Assembly: GCA_963784845.1 (NCBI GenBank)
Contig: CAWASN010000007.1
Location: 1,066,168 to 1,130,167 of the forward strand
DNA length: 64,000 nt
Direction of reading: 5' to 3'
Source: an uncultured Actinomycetes bacterium
GTDB lineage: Bacteria; Actinomycetota; Acidimicrobiia; IMCC26256; PALSA-610
Shown here piece by piece: positions 42,647 through 53,973 of the stretch. Position 1 is the stretch's first letter; each line of letters opens with the position of its first letter. The notes beneath the pieces are model-generated. The model was not told where the DNA came from. It ran no database searches and saw only the letters and a list, made by a program, of their open reading frames with translations. Position numbers and translations under genes: made by a program.

Positions 42647-42829
42647 GCCGGACCGATCACGAGATCCCGAGCCACGGAACCATTGTGGGCGATTGGTCGG
42701 GCGGCAAACGTACCCGGGCCCGTCCCGGCGATCCTCGAGCGGCTGGACAGGCCCTCGGGACCGTTGCGTAGGCTCACGCCGGGTCCACTCCTGAGCGACC
42801 GAAAGGGTTCTCGTGACACGCGTGCAGAC

Positions 42830-43616
42830 TTGTTCGACTTGTCGGGCCGGGTTGCAGTGCTGACCGGCGTCGCGAGCGGTATCGGCAAGGCGTCGGCGCG
42901 CATGCTCTCGGCGGCCGGAGCCACGATCGTCGGCGGCGACATCGACGAGATGGGCGCGCAGGCTACCGCGGACGAGATCAAGGTCGACGGGGGCACCGCG
43001 GTCGTTCAACGGGTCGACGTCACCAAGCGCGCCGACGTCGACGCGCTCGTCGACCCGCGCGCAAGCCGAGTTCGGCCGCGTCGACATCATGGGGAACATC
43101 GCCGGCATCCCGCACAACAAGATGGTTGCCGACTGCACCGACGAGGAGTTCGAGCGGATCCTCGCGATCAACCTGAAGAGCGTGTTCTACGGGTGCCAGG
43201 CCGCGATCCGCCACATGATCCCGCAGGGGTCGGGCAACATCGTCAACATCTCCTCCGGCGCGATCGACACTCCCGCGCCGACGCTTGCGTGTTACGCCAT
43301 GACGAAGTCCGCGGTCGCGATGCTCACCAAGACGCTCGCCACCGAGGTCGGGCGCAACGGCATCCGTGTCAACGCGATCGCGCCCGGGATGATCCTCACC
43401 AACTTCTCGACGCACAACTTCACCGACGCCGACGGGAATGTCGTCCCGGAGAAGCTCGAGCAGTACCACAAGCGCGCGAGCGCGATGGCTCCGCTGGGTC
43501 GGGCGGGCGAGGCCGAGGACGTGGCCCGTTCCTTCCTCTATCTCGTCTCGGACGCCGCGTCGTTCATCACCGGTCAGATCGAACGCCCCAACGGCGGCGT
43601 CTCGATGCCCTGGTAG
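42830..43616 (+). pseudogene. SDR family oxidoreductase, one frameshift
   Basis: TTG 42830 (MFDLSGRVAVLTGVASGIGKA) in ORF 42683..43651, remainder in ORF 43089..43616 (YAMTKSA). Shift near 43060. Confidence 0.7.
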
Positions 43617-43666
43617 CACGCCCGGATTCGCCCCGAAGGCTTCGCAGTTGAACGTAGGTCGGAGCT

Positions 43667-45019
43667 TCAGGCGGGGTCGGTGCGGTGCGGCCGGCGCGCC
43701 GGGCGCACCCGGACGTGCGACTCGACGGGCGGACCGATGCGCGTTCCGGCGCGGTAACGGCCGTCGACAACGGGTAGGCCGCCGCTGCGCATGGCGCTGA
43801 TGCGCTGGCGCCGCCGCGCCAATCGTATGGCGCGTTGGCGCTTGACCGCGCGCCGGCGGAAGGCAATCACGACCGCCAACGCCAAGATGAGGACGACGAG
43901 CGCGTTCCGGGTCGTGAACAGGCCACCGGAATGGTGCGTGCTCGCTCGGGTCGTCGAAGCCGGGGCCGTCGTGGTGGTCGTGGCCGCGAGCGGTGCCTTG
44001 TTGAGCACCGGGATCACCGCGGGGACCGTCACCGCCGGCGAGACCGACGTGTTCGTCGTCGTGCCCAGCCGCGCGAACGCGGCTTGGTCGGCGGCCCGGT
44101 TCGCGTAGGTTGAGACCTTGACGGGCGGCAGCGTGATCCCGATGCCGCCTGCATTCGGCGCCATGCCGAAGCCGGCGTCGAGCAGCGACGCGGCTTCGGC
44201 GTAGCCGGCGTCGGACGCGCCGAGGATGACGGTGATGAGGGTGCGGCCATTGCGGCTCGCGACGGCAACCAACGAGTGCTGGGCCTGTTCGGTGAAACCG
44301 GTCTTGAAGCCGATTGCGCCGGGATAGGCGTCGGCGCCGCCCGCCAGCATCTTGTTGTGGTTCACGAGATCGTGGTGGGTGCCGCTCGGGTCGACGAACG
44401 AGTACTCGCGCGTCATCGCCCATTTCGCGATCTCGGGGACGGCGAGCGCGTTGCGGGTCGCGATCGCGAGGTCGTACGCGCTCATGAGGGGTCCGCCCTT
44501 GTACGACGTCGTGTCGTCGAGACCGGCCGGGTCACCGAGCGTGCTGTCCCGGAGGCCGAGCTCCTTGGCGGTGGTCATGAGATCGGAGGCGAATCCGTCG
44601 AGGCTCCCACCCACGGTGTCCGCGAACGCGTAGGCCGCGTCGTTCGCCGACACCATCATCATGGAGGCCATCATCTCGTCGAACGGCCAGGCCTGGTTGA
44701 CCGGGAGGCCGATGCGCATGGTCTCGACGGCCGCGTCCCGGGCGTTGGCGGTCACCGGTGCCGAGGGGCTCAACCGCTCGGCGGCGGTGATCGCGGTCAT
44801 GATCTTCGCCGTACTCGCGGCGTGCAGCGCCGTGTGGATGTTGTCGCCGATGAGCACACGACCGGTACCGGCGTCGACGAGGATGTCGGCTTTCGGTGAA
44901 GGCAGTCCGGCGGCTGCGGCCACGCCGGCCGCGACGGGCGTGAACGTGAGCACGCCGAGAGTGGTGCTCACCACTGCCGCGACTCCCGCGATCGCGGCGA
45001 GGCGGCGGGGGCGGCGCAT
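43667..45019 (-). CDS. D-alanyl-D-alanine carboxypeptidase (S11 family) with C-terminal membrane anchor
   Basis: ATG 45019 in ORF 43667..45082; signal sequence; STAK, SAND and KTGF motifs; TM helix near the C-terminus. Confidence 0.8.
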   Translation of the reverse strand: MRRPRRLAAIAGVAAVVSTTLGVLTFTPVAAGVAAAAGLPSPKADILVDAGTGRVLIGDNIHTALHAASTAKIMTAITAAERLSPSAPVTANARDAAVETMRIGLPVNQAWPFDEMMASMMMVSANDAAYAFADTVGGSLDGFASDLMTTAKELGLRDSTLGDPAGLDDTTSYKGGPLMSAYDLAIATRNALAVPEIAKWAMTREYSFVDPSGTHHDLVNHNKMLAGGADAYPGAIGFKTGFTEQAQHSLVAVASRNGRTLITVILGASDAGYAEAASLLDAGFGMAPNAGGIGITLPPVKVSTYANRAADQAAFARLGTTTNTSVSPAVTVPAVIPVLNKAPLAATTTTTAPASTTRASTHHSGGLFTTRNALVVLILALAVVIAFRRRAVKRQRAIRLARRRQRISAMRSGGLPVVDGRYRAGTRIGPPVESHVRVRPARRPHRTDPA

Positions 45020-45102
45020 GGGCGTCCAGGCTAGGCCGAACCAGCCCGGAGGAGTCGGCTCGCCGGGGTTCGGGTCGCGCAAACGGCTCGGGATCCACGC
45101 AC

Positions 45103-46338
45103 GTGACGTGCCACCATGGAGCCGTGGCCAAATCCTCCTCTCGCACCTCGAACCGCATCTCGACCCGCGTCGCCGCTATCCACGAGTCCGCAACCCTGGC
45201 CGTCGACGCCAAGGCGAAGGCGTTGAGAGCAGCGGGCGAGAACGTCATCGGATTCGGCGCCGGGGAGCCCGACTTCCCGACCCCGGCCCACGTCGTCGAA
45301 GCGGCGATCACCGCTTGTCGCGATCCGCGGTTTCACCACTACTCTCCGACGCCCGGCCTGCCCGAGCTGCGGGAGGCGATCGCGTCCAAGACCAAGCGCG
45401 ACTCGGGGGTCGACTGTTCCGCCGCCCAGGTGGTCGTCACCAACGGTGGCAAGCACGCCGTGTACAACACGTTCCAGGCGCTGTGCGACGTGGGCGACGA
45501 GGTGCTGGTGCCGGCGCCCTACTGGACCACCTATCCCGAGGTGATCAGCCTCTCGGGTGGCGTTGCCGTGAAGTTGGCGACCTCGCAGGCCGACGGCTTC
45601 CGGGTCACGGTCGAACAGCTCGAGGCGGCCTACACGCGCCGGACGAAAGCGTTGTTGTTCGTCTCGCCGAGCAACCCCACCGGGGCGGTGTACCCGCCGG
45701 ACGAGGTCGAGGCGATCGGTCGCTGGGCGCTGGAACGCGGCGTGTGGGTCGTGACGGACGAGATCTACGAGCACCTCACCTACGAAGGGCACTCGTTCTC
45801 GTCGATGCCGGGTCTGGTGCCCGAGCTGATGGACACGTGCGTGATCCTCAACGGGGTGGCGAAGACGTATGCGATGACCGGATGGCGCGTCGGCTGGATG
45901 ATTGCGCCGGCCGACGTCACCGCGGCGGCCACCAACTTGCAGTCGCACTCGACGTCGAACGTCTCCAACGTGGCCCAAGCCGCTGCGCTCGCGGCGGTGA
46001 GCGGCGACCTGTCGGCCGTCGTCGAGATGCGTGAGGCGTTCGCCCGGCGGGGCCGGCTCATGTACGAGCTGTTGTCGAAGATCGACGGCGTCAGCCTGCT
46101 CGCGCCGCAAGGGGCGTTCTACTGCTTCCCGTCTTTCGACGGAGTCCTCGGACGCGAGATCGCGGGACGTACCCCGCATACGACCCTCGAACTCTGCGAA
46201 CTCCTGCTCGACGTCGCCAAGGTCGCGATCGTTCCCGGCGAGGCGTTCGGCGCGCCCGGCTACGCGCGCCTGTCGTTCGCGCTCGGAGACGACGACCTCG
46301 GCGAGGGCGTCCGCCGGATCGCTGACATCTTGGGCTAG
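45103..46338 (+). CDS. class I pyridoxal-phosphate aminotransferase (aspartate aminotransferase-like)
   Basis: 411 aa (GTG 45103 or GTG 45124); NPTGAVY and PLP-lysine motif [12 protein letters not shown]. Confidence 0.85.
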   Translation: MTCHHGAVAKSSSRTSNRISTRVAAIHESATLAVDAKAKALRAAGENVIGFGAGEPDFPTPAHVVEAAITACRDPRFHHYSPTPGLPELREAIASKTKRDSGVDCSAAQVVVTNGGKHAVYNTFQALCDVGDEVLVPAPYWTTYPEVISLSGGVAVKLATSQADGFRVTVEQLEAAYTRRTKALLFVSPSNPTGAVYPPDEVEAIGRWALERGVWVVTDEIYEHLTYEGHSFSSMPGLVPELMDTCVILNGVAKTYAMTGWRVGWMIAPADVTAAATNLQSHSTSNVSNVAQAAALAAVSGDLSAVVEMREAFARRGRLMYELLSKIDGVSLLAPQGAFYCFPSFDGVLGREIAGRTPHTTLELCELLLDVAKVAIVPGEAFGAPGYARLSFALGDDDLGEGVRRIADILG

Positions 46339-46356
46339 GCGTCTACCCTCGCGCCG

Positions 46357-47934
46357 ATGGCAGCACGCGTTCTCGTCTCCGAACCTCTCGCCGTACGCGG
46401 GCTCGACGCCATGCGCGCCGCGGGCCTCGACGTCGACGTGCAGACCGGCCTGTCGCCGGAACAGTTGCTCGGCGCGGTCGAGGGCGCGCACGCACTGGTG
46501 ATCCGAAGTGCCACGCAGGTGACCTCCGAGGTGCTCGCGGCGGGCTCCGACCTGGTGGTGGTCGGCCGGGCCGGCATCGGGCTCGACAACGTCGACGTGG
46601 CCGAAGCAACGCGACGCGGCGTGATGGTCGTGAACGCGCCGCAGTCGAACATCTTGTCGGCCGCGGAGCACACGCTCGCGCTGCTGCTCGCGCAAGCCCG
46701 CAACGTGCCTCAGGCGAGCGCCGATCTCAAGGCGGGCTCGTGGAACCGGTCGAAGTGGCAAGGCGTCGAGCTGCACGGCAAGACCCTCGGCATCGTCGGT
46801 CTGGGCCGGGTCGGGGTGCTGGTCGCGCAGCGCGCGCACGCGTTCGGCATGCGGCTCATCGCTTTCGATCCGTTCGTGAGCCCCGATCGCGCCCGCCAGC
46901 TCGGCGTGGAGCTCGCGCCGACGATCGAGGACCTCGTCGCCGCGTGCGACTTCGTCTCGATTCACGCCACGAAGACGCCCGAGACGATCGGGCTCGTCAG
47001 CGCGTCGGTGCTCGAACATGCGAAGCCGGGTATGCGCCTGATCAATGCCGGGCGGGGTGGGATCGTCGACGAGGTCGCGCTCGCGGAAGCGATCGCCGAC
47101 GGCCGTCTCGGCGGCGCGGCCATCGACACCTTCGCCAAGGAACCGACGACCGAGTCGCCCTTGTTCGCGCTCGACAGCGTGGTGGTCACGCCACACTTGG
47201 GCGCGTCGACGGCGGAGGCGCAGGACAAAGCCGGCGAGACGATCGCCGAGCAGGTCGTGCTCGCGTTGCGGGGTGACTTCGTGCCGTTCGCGGTGAACGT
47301 CGCCGCGTCGGAGGCTTCCGAGAGCGTGCGTCCGTATCTGCCGCTCGCAGAACGGGTGGGCCGTCTGTTCACCGGGCTCGCCGGGGGCGCGCTGTCGACC
47401 CTCGACATCGAATACGAGGGTGAGATCGCCGACTACGACTGCCGCGTGCTCACGCTGTCGATCTTGAAGGGCGTGCTCGCACCCGTGGTGGCCGAGCCGG
47501 TGTCGTTCGTCAATGCGCCCCAGATCGCCGAGCAACGCGGTATCTCGGTGCGCGAGACGAAGTCCTCGGACCCGCTCGACTACGTGAACCTCATCGTCGT
47601 GCGCGGCGACCAGGGCACGCACGTGGCCGCGACGCTGTTCGGGAAGCACCACGCGCCGCGCATCGTCGGGATCGACGGCCATTCCGTGGACCTCCCGCCC
47701 GCGCGCCACATGCTCGTCGTGCACAACGACGACAGCCCCGGCATGATCGGTCGGGTTGCGTCCGTGCTCGGAAATGCCGGGTTGAACATCTCGAACATGG
47801 ATGTGGGTCAGAGCCCGAGCGGTGAGGCCGCGCTCATGGCGATCGCGACCGAGACGACGGTGCCGGCCGAGGTGGTCGAGGAGATCAACCACCAAGCCGG
47901 CGTGCACAGCGCCCGCGCCATCGACTTGGGCTGA
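46357..47934 (+). CDS. serA: D-3-phosphoglycerate dehydrogenase
   Basis: 525 aa; NAD-binding GLGRVG, catalytic region and C-terminal ACT domain; long actinobacterial SerA type. Confidence 0.9.
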   Translation: MAARVLVSEPLAVRGLDAMRAAGLDVDVQTGLSPEQLLGAVEGAHALVIRSATQVTSEVLAAGSDLVVVGRAGIGLDNVDVAEATRRGVMVVNAPQSNILSAAEHTLALLLAQARNVPQASADLKAGSWNRSKWQGVELHGKTLGIVGLGRVGVLVAQRAHAFGMRLIAFDPFVSPDRARQLGVELAPTIEDLVAACDFVSIHATKTPETIGLVSASVLEHAKPGMRLINAGRGGIVDEVALAEAIADGRLGGAAIDTFAKEPTTESPLFALDSVVVTPHLGASTAEAQDKAGETIAEQVVLALRGDFVPFAVNVAASEASESVRPYLPLAERVGRLFTGLAGGALSTLDIEYEGEIADYDCRVLTLSILKGVLAPVVAEPVSFVNAPQIAEQRGISVRETKSSDPLDYVNLIVVRGDQGTHVAATLFGKHHAPRIVGIDGHSVDLPPARHMLVVHNDDSPGMIGRVASVLGNAGLNISNMDVGQSPSGEAALMAIATETTVPAEVVEEINHQAGVHSARAIDLG

Positions 47935-47978
47935 GGGATCCGGGTCTTGGATAAGGGGCGCGGCGCGGCGTCCGGCTC

Positions 47979-48341
47979 CTAGACCTTGGAAGGCCGCAGG
48001 CCGTCGGCTTCGGCGGCCGCTCCGTCGACGTAGCAGCGGTCGGCCTTGGTGCGGTCGTAGTTCAGACCCCCCGGAGCGTGGTAGATCCCGCTCCGCAGCT
48101 TGGCCTTGATCGGGAACGGCGCCGGGCAACTCCCGTCGTCGTTCGGCTCGGCACTCGCCGCCGCGTCCGCGTGCGGCGCGGCCGGGGCAGGGTGAGGCAC
48201 CGGCGGGAACGGGAAGGGAGCGGTCGACCAGTCGAGCGTCGTGGCCCGCACGGGCATCCGAGCGTTCCATGCTCGCCACGCCGCGTACACGGCGCCACCG
48301 AGTATCCCGACGCCGAGCGCGCCTTTCACCGACCTGCGCAT
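47979..48341 (-). CDS. small membrane-anchored protein with a C-terminal IYHxPGGxxYDRTK-type (sunset-like) motif
   Basis: ORF 47979..48359 (ATG 48341 or GTG 48359); N-terminal TM helix, Pro-rich linker, PIKAKLRSGIYHAPGGLNYDRTKADRCY. Confidence 0.5.
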   Translation of the reverse strand: MRRSVKGALGVGILGGAVYAAWRAWNARMPVRATTLDWSTAPFPFPPVPHPAPAAPHADAAASAEPNDDGSCPAPFPIKAKLRSGIYHAPGGLNYDRTKADRCYVDGAAAEADGLRPSKV

Positions 48342-48460
48342 CAGTGCCAATTCTCGCACACGCGACGCGCCGTTTCCTTCATGGGCGGCGAGTGGCAGCC
48401 GAGTTGTAGCCGAGCAAACGTTTGACGAACCCCGTCGACACTGGCAGACTGGCAGGACTT

Positions 48461-48587
48461 ATGCGTAAGGAGACACGGGTTTCCAAGCGGGCGTTCGCGG
48501 CCCAGCTGAGCCTCCTCCTTATGTAGGCGCGAGCGCCCACCGGTGCTCGCGCTCGAACCTCCGTGCCGACTCGGCCGGAGGTTTTTT
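48461..48587 (+). promoter_or_regulatory. leuA leader-peptide transcription attenuator (Leu-rich leader)
   Basis: 21-codon ORF MRKETRVSKRAFAAQLSLLLM (48461-48526); perfect 8-bp hairpin at 48527-48552 directly after the stop; terminator hairpin plus T6 at 48558-48587; leuA ATG 62 nt downstream. Confidence 0.7.
48558..48587 (+). terminator. intrinsic terminator of the leuA attenuator
   Basis: CCTCCG-t-GCCG-act-CGGC-CGGAGG followed by TTTTTT. Confidence 0.75.
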
Positions 48588-48649
48588 CGTTGCGGTGACA
48601 ACCCCCGCCGCGACGTCCCCGGAACCACCACAGCCCAGAGGTGAACGAG

Positions 48650-50195
<1,546 letters not shown>

Positions 50196-50196
50196 C

Positions 50197-50845
50197 GTGA
50201 CGATCAACCTCTGGGTCAACGACGAGCACGCGATCTCATACCTGCGCGAGCGTGAGTCGCTCCCACACCGGGTCGATGCGCTCGAGCAACTCTGCGAGCT
50301 CCTGCCGGCGAATGTCGAGCGCGTCCTCGACCTCGGCACCGGCGACGGCGTCACGCTCGCGCTCGTCCTGGCGGCCCGACCCGCCGCGACCGGGCTCGGT
50401 CTCGACTTCGGTGAGGAGATGTTGCGTCGTGCCCGGCAGCGCTTTGCCGGCGACCACCGCGTCAGCTTCGAGCGACACGACCTCGCGTGCCCCCTCCCGC
50501 CAGTCTTTCGGCGACTTCGATCTCGGCGACTTCGATGTCGTCGTGTCGAGCTTCGCGATCCATCATCTCGCCCCCTCCCGCCAGCGCGCGCTGTACGGCG
50601 AGGTCTTTTCGCTGCTCCGTCCGGGGGGACGCTTCGTGAACGCCGAACACGTTGCGTCACCGACTGCCGAGCTGCACGAAGAATTTCTTTCGGCGATCGG
50701 GCGGACGAAGTACGACGACGACCCCTCGAATCAGCTGGTCGCGGTCGAACAGCATCTGACCTGGCTGAACGAGATCGGCTTCGCCAATTCTGACTGCTCT
50801 TGGAAGTGGCGGGAGTTGGCGGTGTTGTCGGGTACCCGCCCCTGA
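50197..50845 (+). pseudogene. class I SAM-dependent methyltransferase, one frameshift
   Basis: GTG 50197; VLDLGTGDG motif I in ORF 50197..50793; DVVVSSFAIHHL...LLRPGGRF in ORF 50252..50845. Shift near 50495. Confidence 0.65.
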
Positions 50846-50967
50846 GTGCCCCGGAGCGTGCATGACCCGGGCCCCGGGCGGGAACAAACCCTACGAGCGC
50901 AGACTTGGACATTGCGACGAGTACGGCCGGGAACTGCGGCCGGCGACTACGGCAGGTGGAACACGTC

Positions 50968-51102
50968 ATGAGCGTCATCGACTTCTTCGAATACCTGGCT
51001 TCGAGCGAGCACACGGTCGAGCTCGCCCACGAGCTCGCCGACGTCTGGGTCTCGCGCCAGATCGCCGATCTCTTCGAGCCCGGCCTGAGCCGGACCGCCT
51101 GA
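50968..51102 (+). CDS. hypothetical small protein (44 aa)
   Basis: ATG 50968 with GGTGGA 8 nt upstream, in ORF 50905..51102; no recognisable family. Confidence 0.25.
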   Translation: MSVIDFFEYLASSEHTVELAHELADVWVSRQIADLFEPGLSRTA

Positions 51103-51145
51103 GCCCGGACCGCCTGAGCCCCGGACCGCCTGAGCCCCGGACCGG
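51084..51145. repeat. 14-16-bp tandem repeat CCTGAGC(2-4)GGACCG, four copies
   Basis: cctgagccggaccg / cctgagcccggaccg / cctgagccccggaccg / cctgagccccggaccg; overlaps the 3' end of the small ORF; followed by an imperfect hairpin gccgcccgtc-tca-gacggcggc at the leuD stop. Confidence 0.9.
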
Positions 51146-51164
51146 TGTGCGGCGGCCGCCCGTC

Positions 51165-51761
51165 TCAGACGGCGGCTGTGGGTAGCCAGCTCGGACGGGC
51201 CGACTCGTAGGAGTCGATCGCATCGGCGTGACGCAACGTGAGCCCGACGTCGTCGAGGCCGTTGAGGAGCCGGTACTGGGTGAAGTCGTCGAGCTCGAAC
51301 CTGACATCGAGGTCGATCGCCGGGGCGGCGACCCGCTTCTTTTCCACGTCGACGACGATCTCCAGGCCGGGGTCCTCCTCGATCGCCTCCCAGAGACGGT
51401 GGATCGCCGCCTCGGGGATCGCGGCGACGACGAGGCCCATCTTCCCGGAGTTGTTGCGGAAGATGTCGGCGAAGCGCGTCGACAGCACGGCTCGGAAGCC
51501 GTAGTCCATCAGCGCCCAGACCGCATGCTCACGCGAAGATCCCGTTCCGAAGTTCGGCCCGGCTACGAGGATGGTCGCGCCGTCGTAACGCGCCTGGTTC
51601 AACACGAAGTCGGAGTTCTCGCGCCACTCCGAGAAGAGTTCCTCGCCGAAGCCGGTGCGTTCCACCCGCTTGAGCCAGTCGCTCGGAATGATCTGGTCGG
51701 TGTCGACGTCGGAGCGCACCAGGGGTACGCCGCGTCCGGTGATCACGGTGACTTGTTCCAT
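51165..51761 (-). CDS. leuD: 3-isopropylmalate dehydratase small subunit
   Basis: ATG 51761 in ORF 51165..52124; GPNFGTGSSREHA motif; 1-nt TGATG overlap with leuC. Confidence 0.9.
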   Translation of the reverse strand: MEQVTVITGRGVPLVRSDVDTDQIIPSDWLKRVERTGFGEELFSEWRENSDFVLNQARYDGATILVAGPNFGTGSSREHAVWALMDYGFRAVLSTRFADIFRNNSGKMGLVVAAIPEAAIHRLWEAIEEDPGLEIVVDVEKKRVAAPAIDLDVRFELDDFTQYRLLNGLDDVGLTLRHADAIDSYESARPSWLPTAAV

Positions 51762-53170
51762 CAGTGCAGGTCCTCCGGTGTCGAGAAGTGCCCGGCGATC
51801 GCGGTGGCAGCCGCAACCGCGGGGGAGACGAGGTGGGTTCGGCCCCCCTTGCCCTGACGGCCTTCGAAGTTGCGGTTCGACGTCGACGCGCAACGCTCGC
51901 CCGGCGCCAACTTGTCGGGATTCATCGCGAGACACATCGAGCATCCGGGCTCCCGCCAGTCGAAGCCGGCGTCCCGGAACACGCGGTCGAGCCCTTCGGA
52001 CTCTGCCTGCATCTTGACCGCGTACGAGCCCGGCACCACGAGGGTGCGGACCCCGTCGCTCACCTTGCGCCCGCGCGCGACCTCCGCCGCGACGCGCAGG
52101 TCCTCGATGCGGGAGTTGGTGCACGACCCGATGAACACCGTGTCGACGGGGATGTCTCGCATTTGCGTCCCCGCCCGGAGTCCCATGTACACGAGTGCGC
52201 GTTTGGCCGATTCCCGTGCCGACTCGTCGGTGAGCGAATCAGGATCGGGGACGGCGGCGTCGATCGGGACCGTCTGCGCCGGGTTCGTTCCCCATGACAC
52301 GTGGGGGCGCAGCGTCGTCGCGTCGATGAAGACCTCGTTGTCGAACGCGGCGTCGGGGTCGGTCACGAGGGAGCGCCAGTCGTCGAGTGCCCGCTCCCAT
52401 TGGGCGCCCTTGGGTGCAAAGGGTCGACCCTCGAGGTACGAGAAGGTCGTGTCGTCGGGCGCGACGAGTCCGGCCCGGGCCCCGGCTTCGATCGACATGT
52501 TGCAGACCGTCAGCCGCCCTTCGATCGACAGCGCGCGGATCGCGGAGCCGCGGTATTCGATGACCGAACCGATGCCGCCTCCGGTGCCGATGCGGGCGAT
52601 GATCGCGAGGACGATGTCCTTCGCCGACACGCTCGGGGGCGCATCCCCCTCGACGATGATCGCCATCGTGCCCGGCCGGGCCTGCGGAAGCGTCTGCGTG
52701 GCGAGCACGTGTTCGACCTCGCTCGTGCCGATACCGAACGCGAGCGCGCCGAACGCACCGTGCGTGGAGGTGTGGCTGTCCCCGCAGACGATCGTCATAC
52801 CCGGCTGGGTGAGACCCTGTTCGGGCCCGATCACGTGCACGATTCCCTGGCCGGGATCGCGCATGCCGTACAAACGGATGCCGAACTCCTCGCAGTTGTC
52901 GGCGAGCACCTTCATCTGCTTCGCCGAGATCGGATCGGCCAGGGGTCGGTCGAGGTCGGCAGTCGGGACGTTGTGATCCATCGTCGCGACGGTGAGATCG
53001 GGGCGGCGCACGCGCCGTCCCGCGGCACGCAACCCGTCGAACGCCTGGGGCGACGTCACCTCGTGCACCAGGTGCAGGTCGATGTACAGCAGGTCGGGCT
53101 CGCCCGGCGTCGCATTGACGACGTGGCGGTCCCAGACCTTCTCGGAGAGAGTTTTCGGAGTAGAGGTCAT
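51761..53170 (-). CDS. leuC: 3-isopropylmalate dehydratase large subunit
   Basis: ATG 53170 with GGAG 8 nt upstream, in ORF 51761..53941; aconitase-family Fe-S ligand motifs CGDSHT, GSCTNSR and CSMCLAMN. Confidence 0.92.
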   Translation of the reverse strand: MTSTPKTLSEKVWDRHVVNATPGEPDLLYIDLHLVHEVTSPQAFDGLRAAGRRVRRPDLTVATMDHNVPTADLDRPLADPISAKQMKVLADNCEEFGIRLYGMRDPGQGIVHVIGPEQGLTQPGMTIVCGDSHTSTHGAFGALAFGIGTSEVEHVLATQTLPQARPGTMAIIVEGDAPPSVSAKDIVLAIIARIGTGGGIGSVIEYRGSAIRALSIEGRLTVCNMSIEAGARAGLVAPDDTTFSYLEGRPFAPKGAQWERALDDWRSLVTDPDAAFDNEVFIDATTLRPHVSWGTNPAQTVPIDAAVPDPDSLTDESARESAKRALVYMGLRAGTQMRDIPVDTVFIGSCTNSRIEDLRVAAEVARGRKVSDGVRTLVVPGSYAVKMQAESEGLDRVFRDAGFDWREPGCSMCLAMNPDKLAPGERCASTSNRNFEGRQGKGGRTHLVSPAVAAATAIAGHFSTPEDLH

Positions 53171-53180
53171 CGTGTGCTCC

Positions 53181-53199
53181 TGTCTCATGATATGAGACA
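53181..53199. promoter_or_regulatory. perfect 19-bp palindrome TGTCTCAT-gat-ATGAGACA, candidate IclR (LtbR-like) operator
   Basis: Sits in the 42-bp gap between the divergent leuC (53170) and IclR (53213) starts; followed by TAATAT at 53201-53206, 6 nt before the IclR ATG. Confidence 0.55.
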
Positions 53200-53212
53200 C
53201 TAATATCGCCAG

Positions 53213-53938
53213 ATGGTCAGTGTAACAAGCGGGATCCAAGTGCTCGATCGTTCGGTCGTGGTGATCGATGCGCTCGCCGGTGCCGGCCCCTGCACTCTCG
53301 CTGATCTGCAACGGGTGACGGAGCTCCCTCGCCCGACCGTGTACCGGATCGCGATGTCGCTCGTGCGCCACGGCGTGTTGGCGCGAGACGACGGCGGTCG
53401 GTTCCTGCTCGGGCATCGGTTGGTGGCCTGGGGCGCCGTCGCAGGCCGCGGGCTGGCCGACGCCGGCCGCCCGGTGTTGGCGCGCCTCGGCGAGGCGACC
53501 GGCGAGAGCGCGCAGCTGTACGTGCGCGAAAGCGATCACCGGGTGTGCATCGCCGTGCACGAACGTCCGAGCGGTTTGCGCGACACGGTGCCGCTCGGGG
53601 CGGTGTTCCCGCTCGGTCGCGGCTCGGGCGGAAAAGTCCTGCTCGCGTGGGCCGCGGACGGGGAGACGTTCGGGGTACCGCCGAGCGATCTCGCCCGCGT
53701 GCGCCGGCGAGGATTCGCGGCCACGGTCGGCGAGCGGGAATCGGGAGTCGCGAGCGTCAGCGCTCCCGTGTTCGACGGCTCGGGCGCGGTGGTGGCCGCG
53801 GTGAGCGTCAGTGGCCCGATCGAGCGGCTGGGCCAGCATCCGGAGCGCCACCTGGCGGTCGCGGTCGTGAAGGCCGCGGCAGACCTCTCGGCCGCGCTGG
53901 GTGACCCCGGCAACCCCGCGCCCGTCACGGCCGGGTAA
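53213..53938 (+). CDS. IclR family transcriptional regulator (LtbR-like position, divergent from leuCD)
   Basis: 241 aa; N-terminal wHTH ([22 protein letters not shown]) and C-terminal IclR effector domain. Confidence 0.8.
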   Translation: MVSVTSGIQVLDRSVVVIDALAGAGPCTLADLQRVTELPRPTVYRIAMSLVRHGVLARDDGGRFLLGHRLVAWGAVAGRGLADAGRPVLARLGEATGESAQLYVRESDHRVCIAVHERPSGLRDTVPLGAVFPLGRGSGGKVLLAWAADGETFGVPPSDLARVRRRGFAATVGERESGVASVSAPVFDGSGAVVAAVSVSGPIERLGQHPERHLAVAVVKAAADLSAALGDPGNPAPVTAG

Positions 53939-53973
53939 CAAGGGCGTAACAAAAGCGCCCTACGGTCGGCAGC

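Noticed and set aside
45031-48279. 1082-aa ORF on the minus strand
   Set aside because: It lies antisense to the well-supported aminotransferase and serA genes, has an Arg/Gly/His/Asp-rich composition and shows no family resemblance. It is a typical high-GC shadow ORF.
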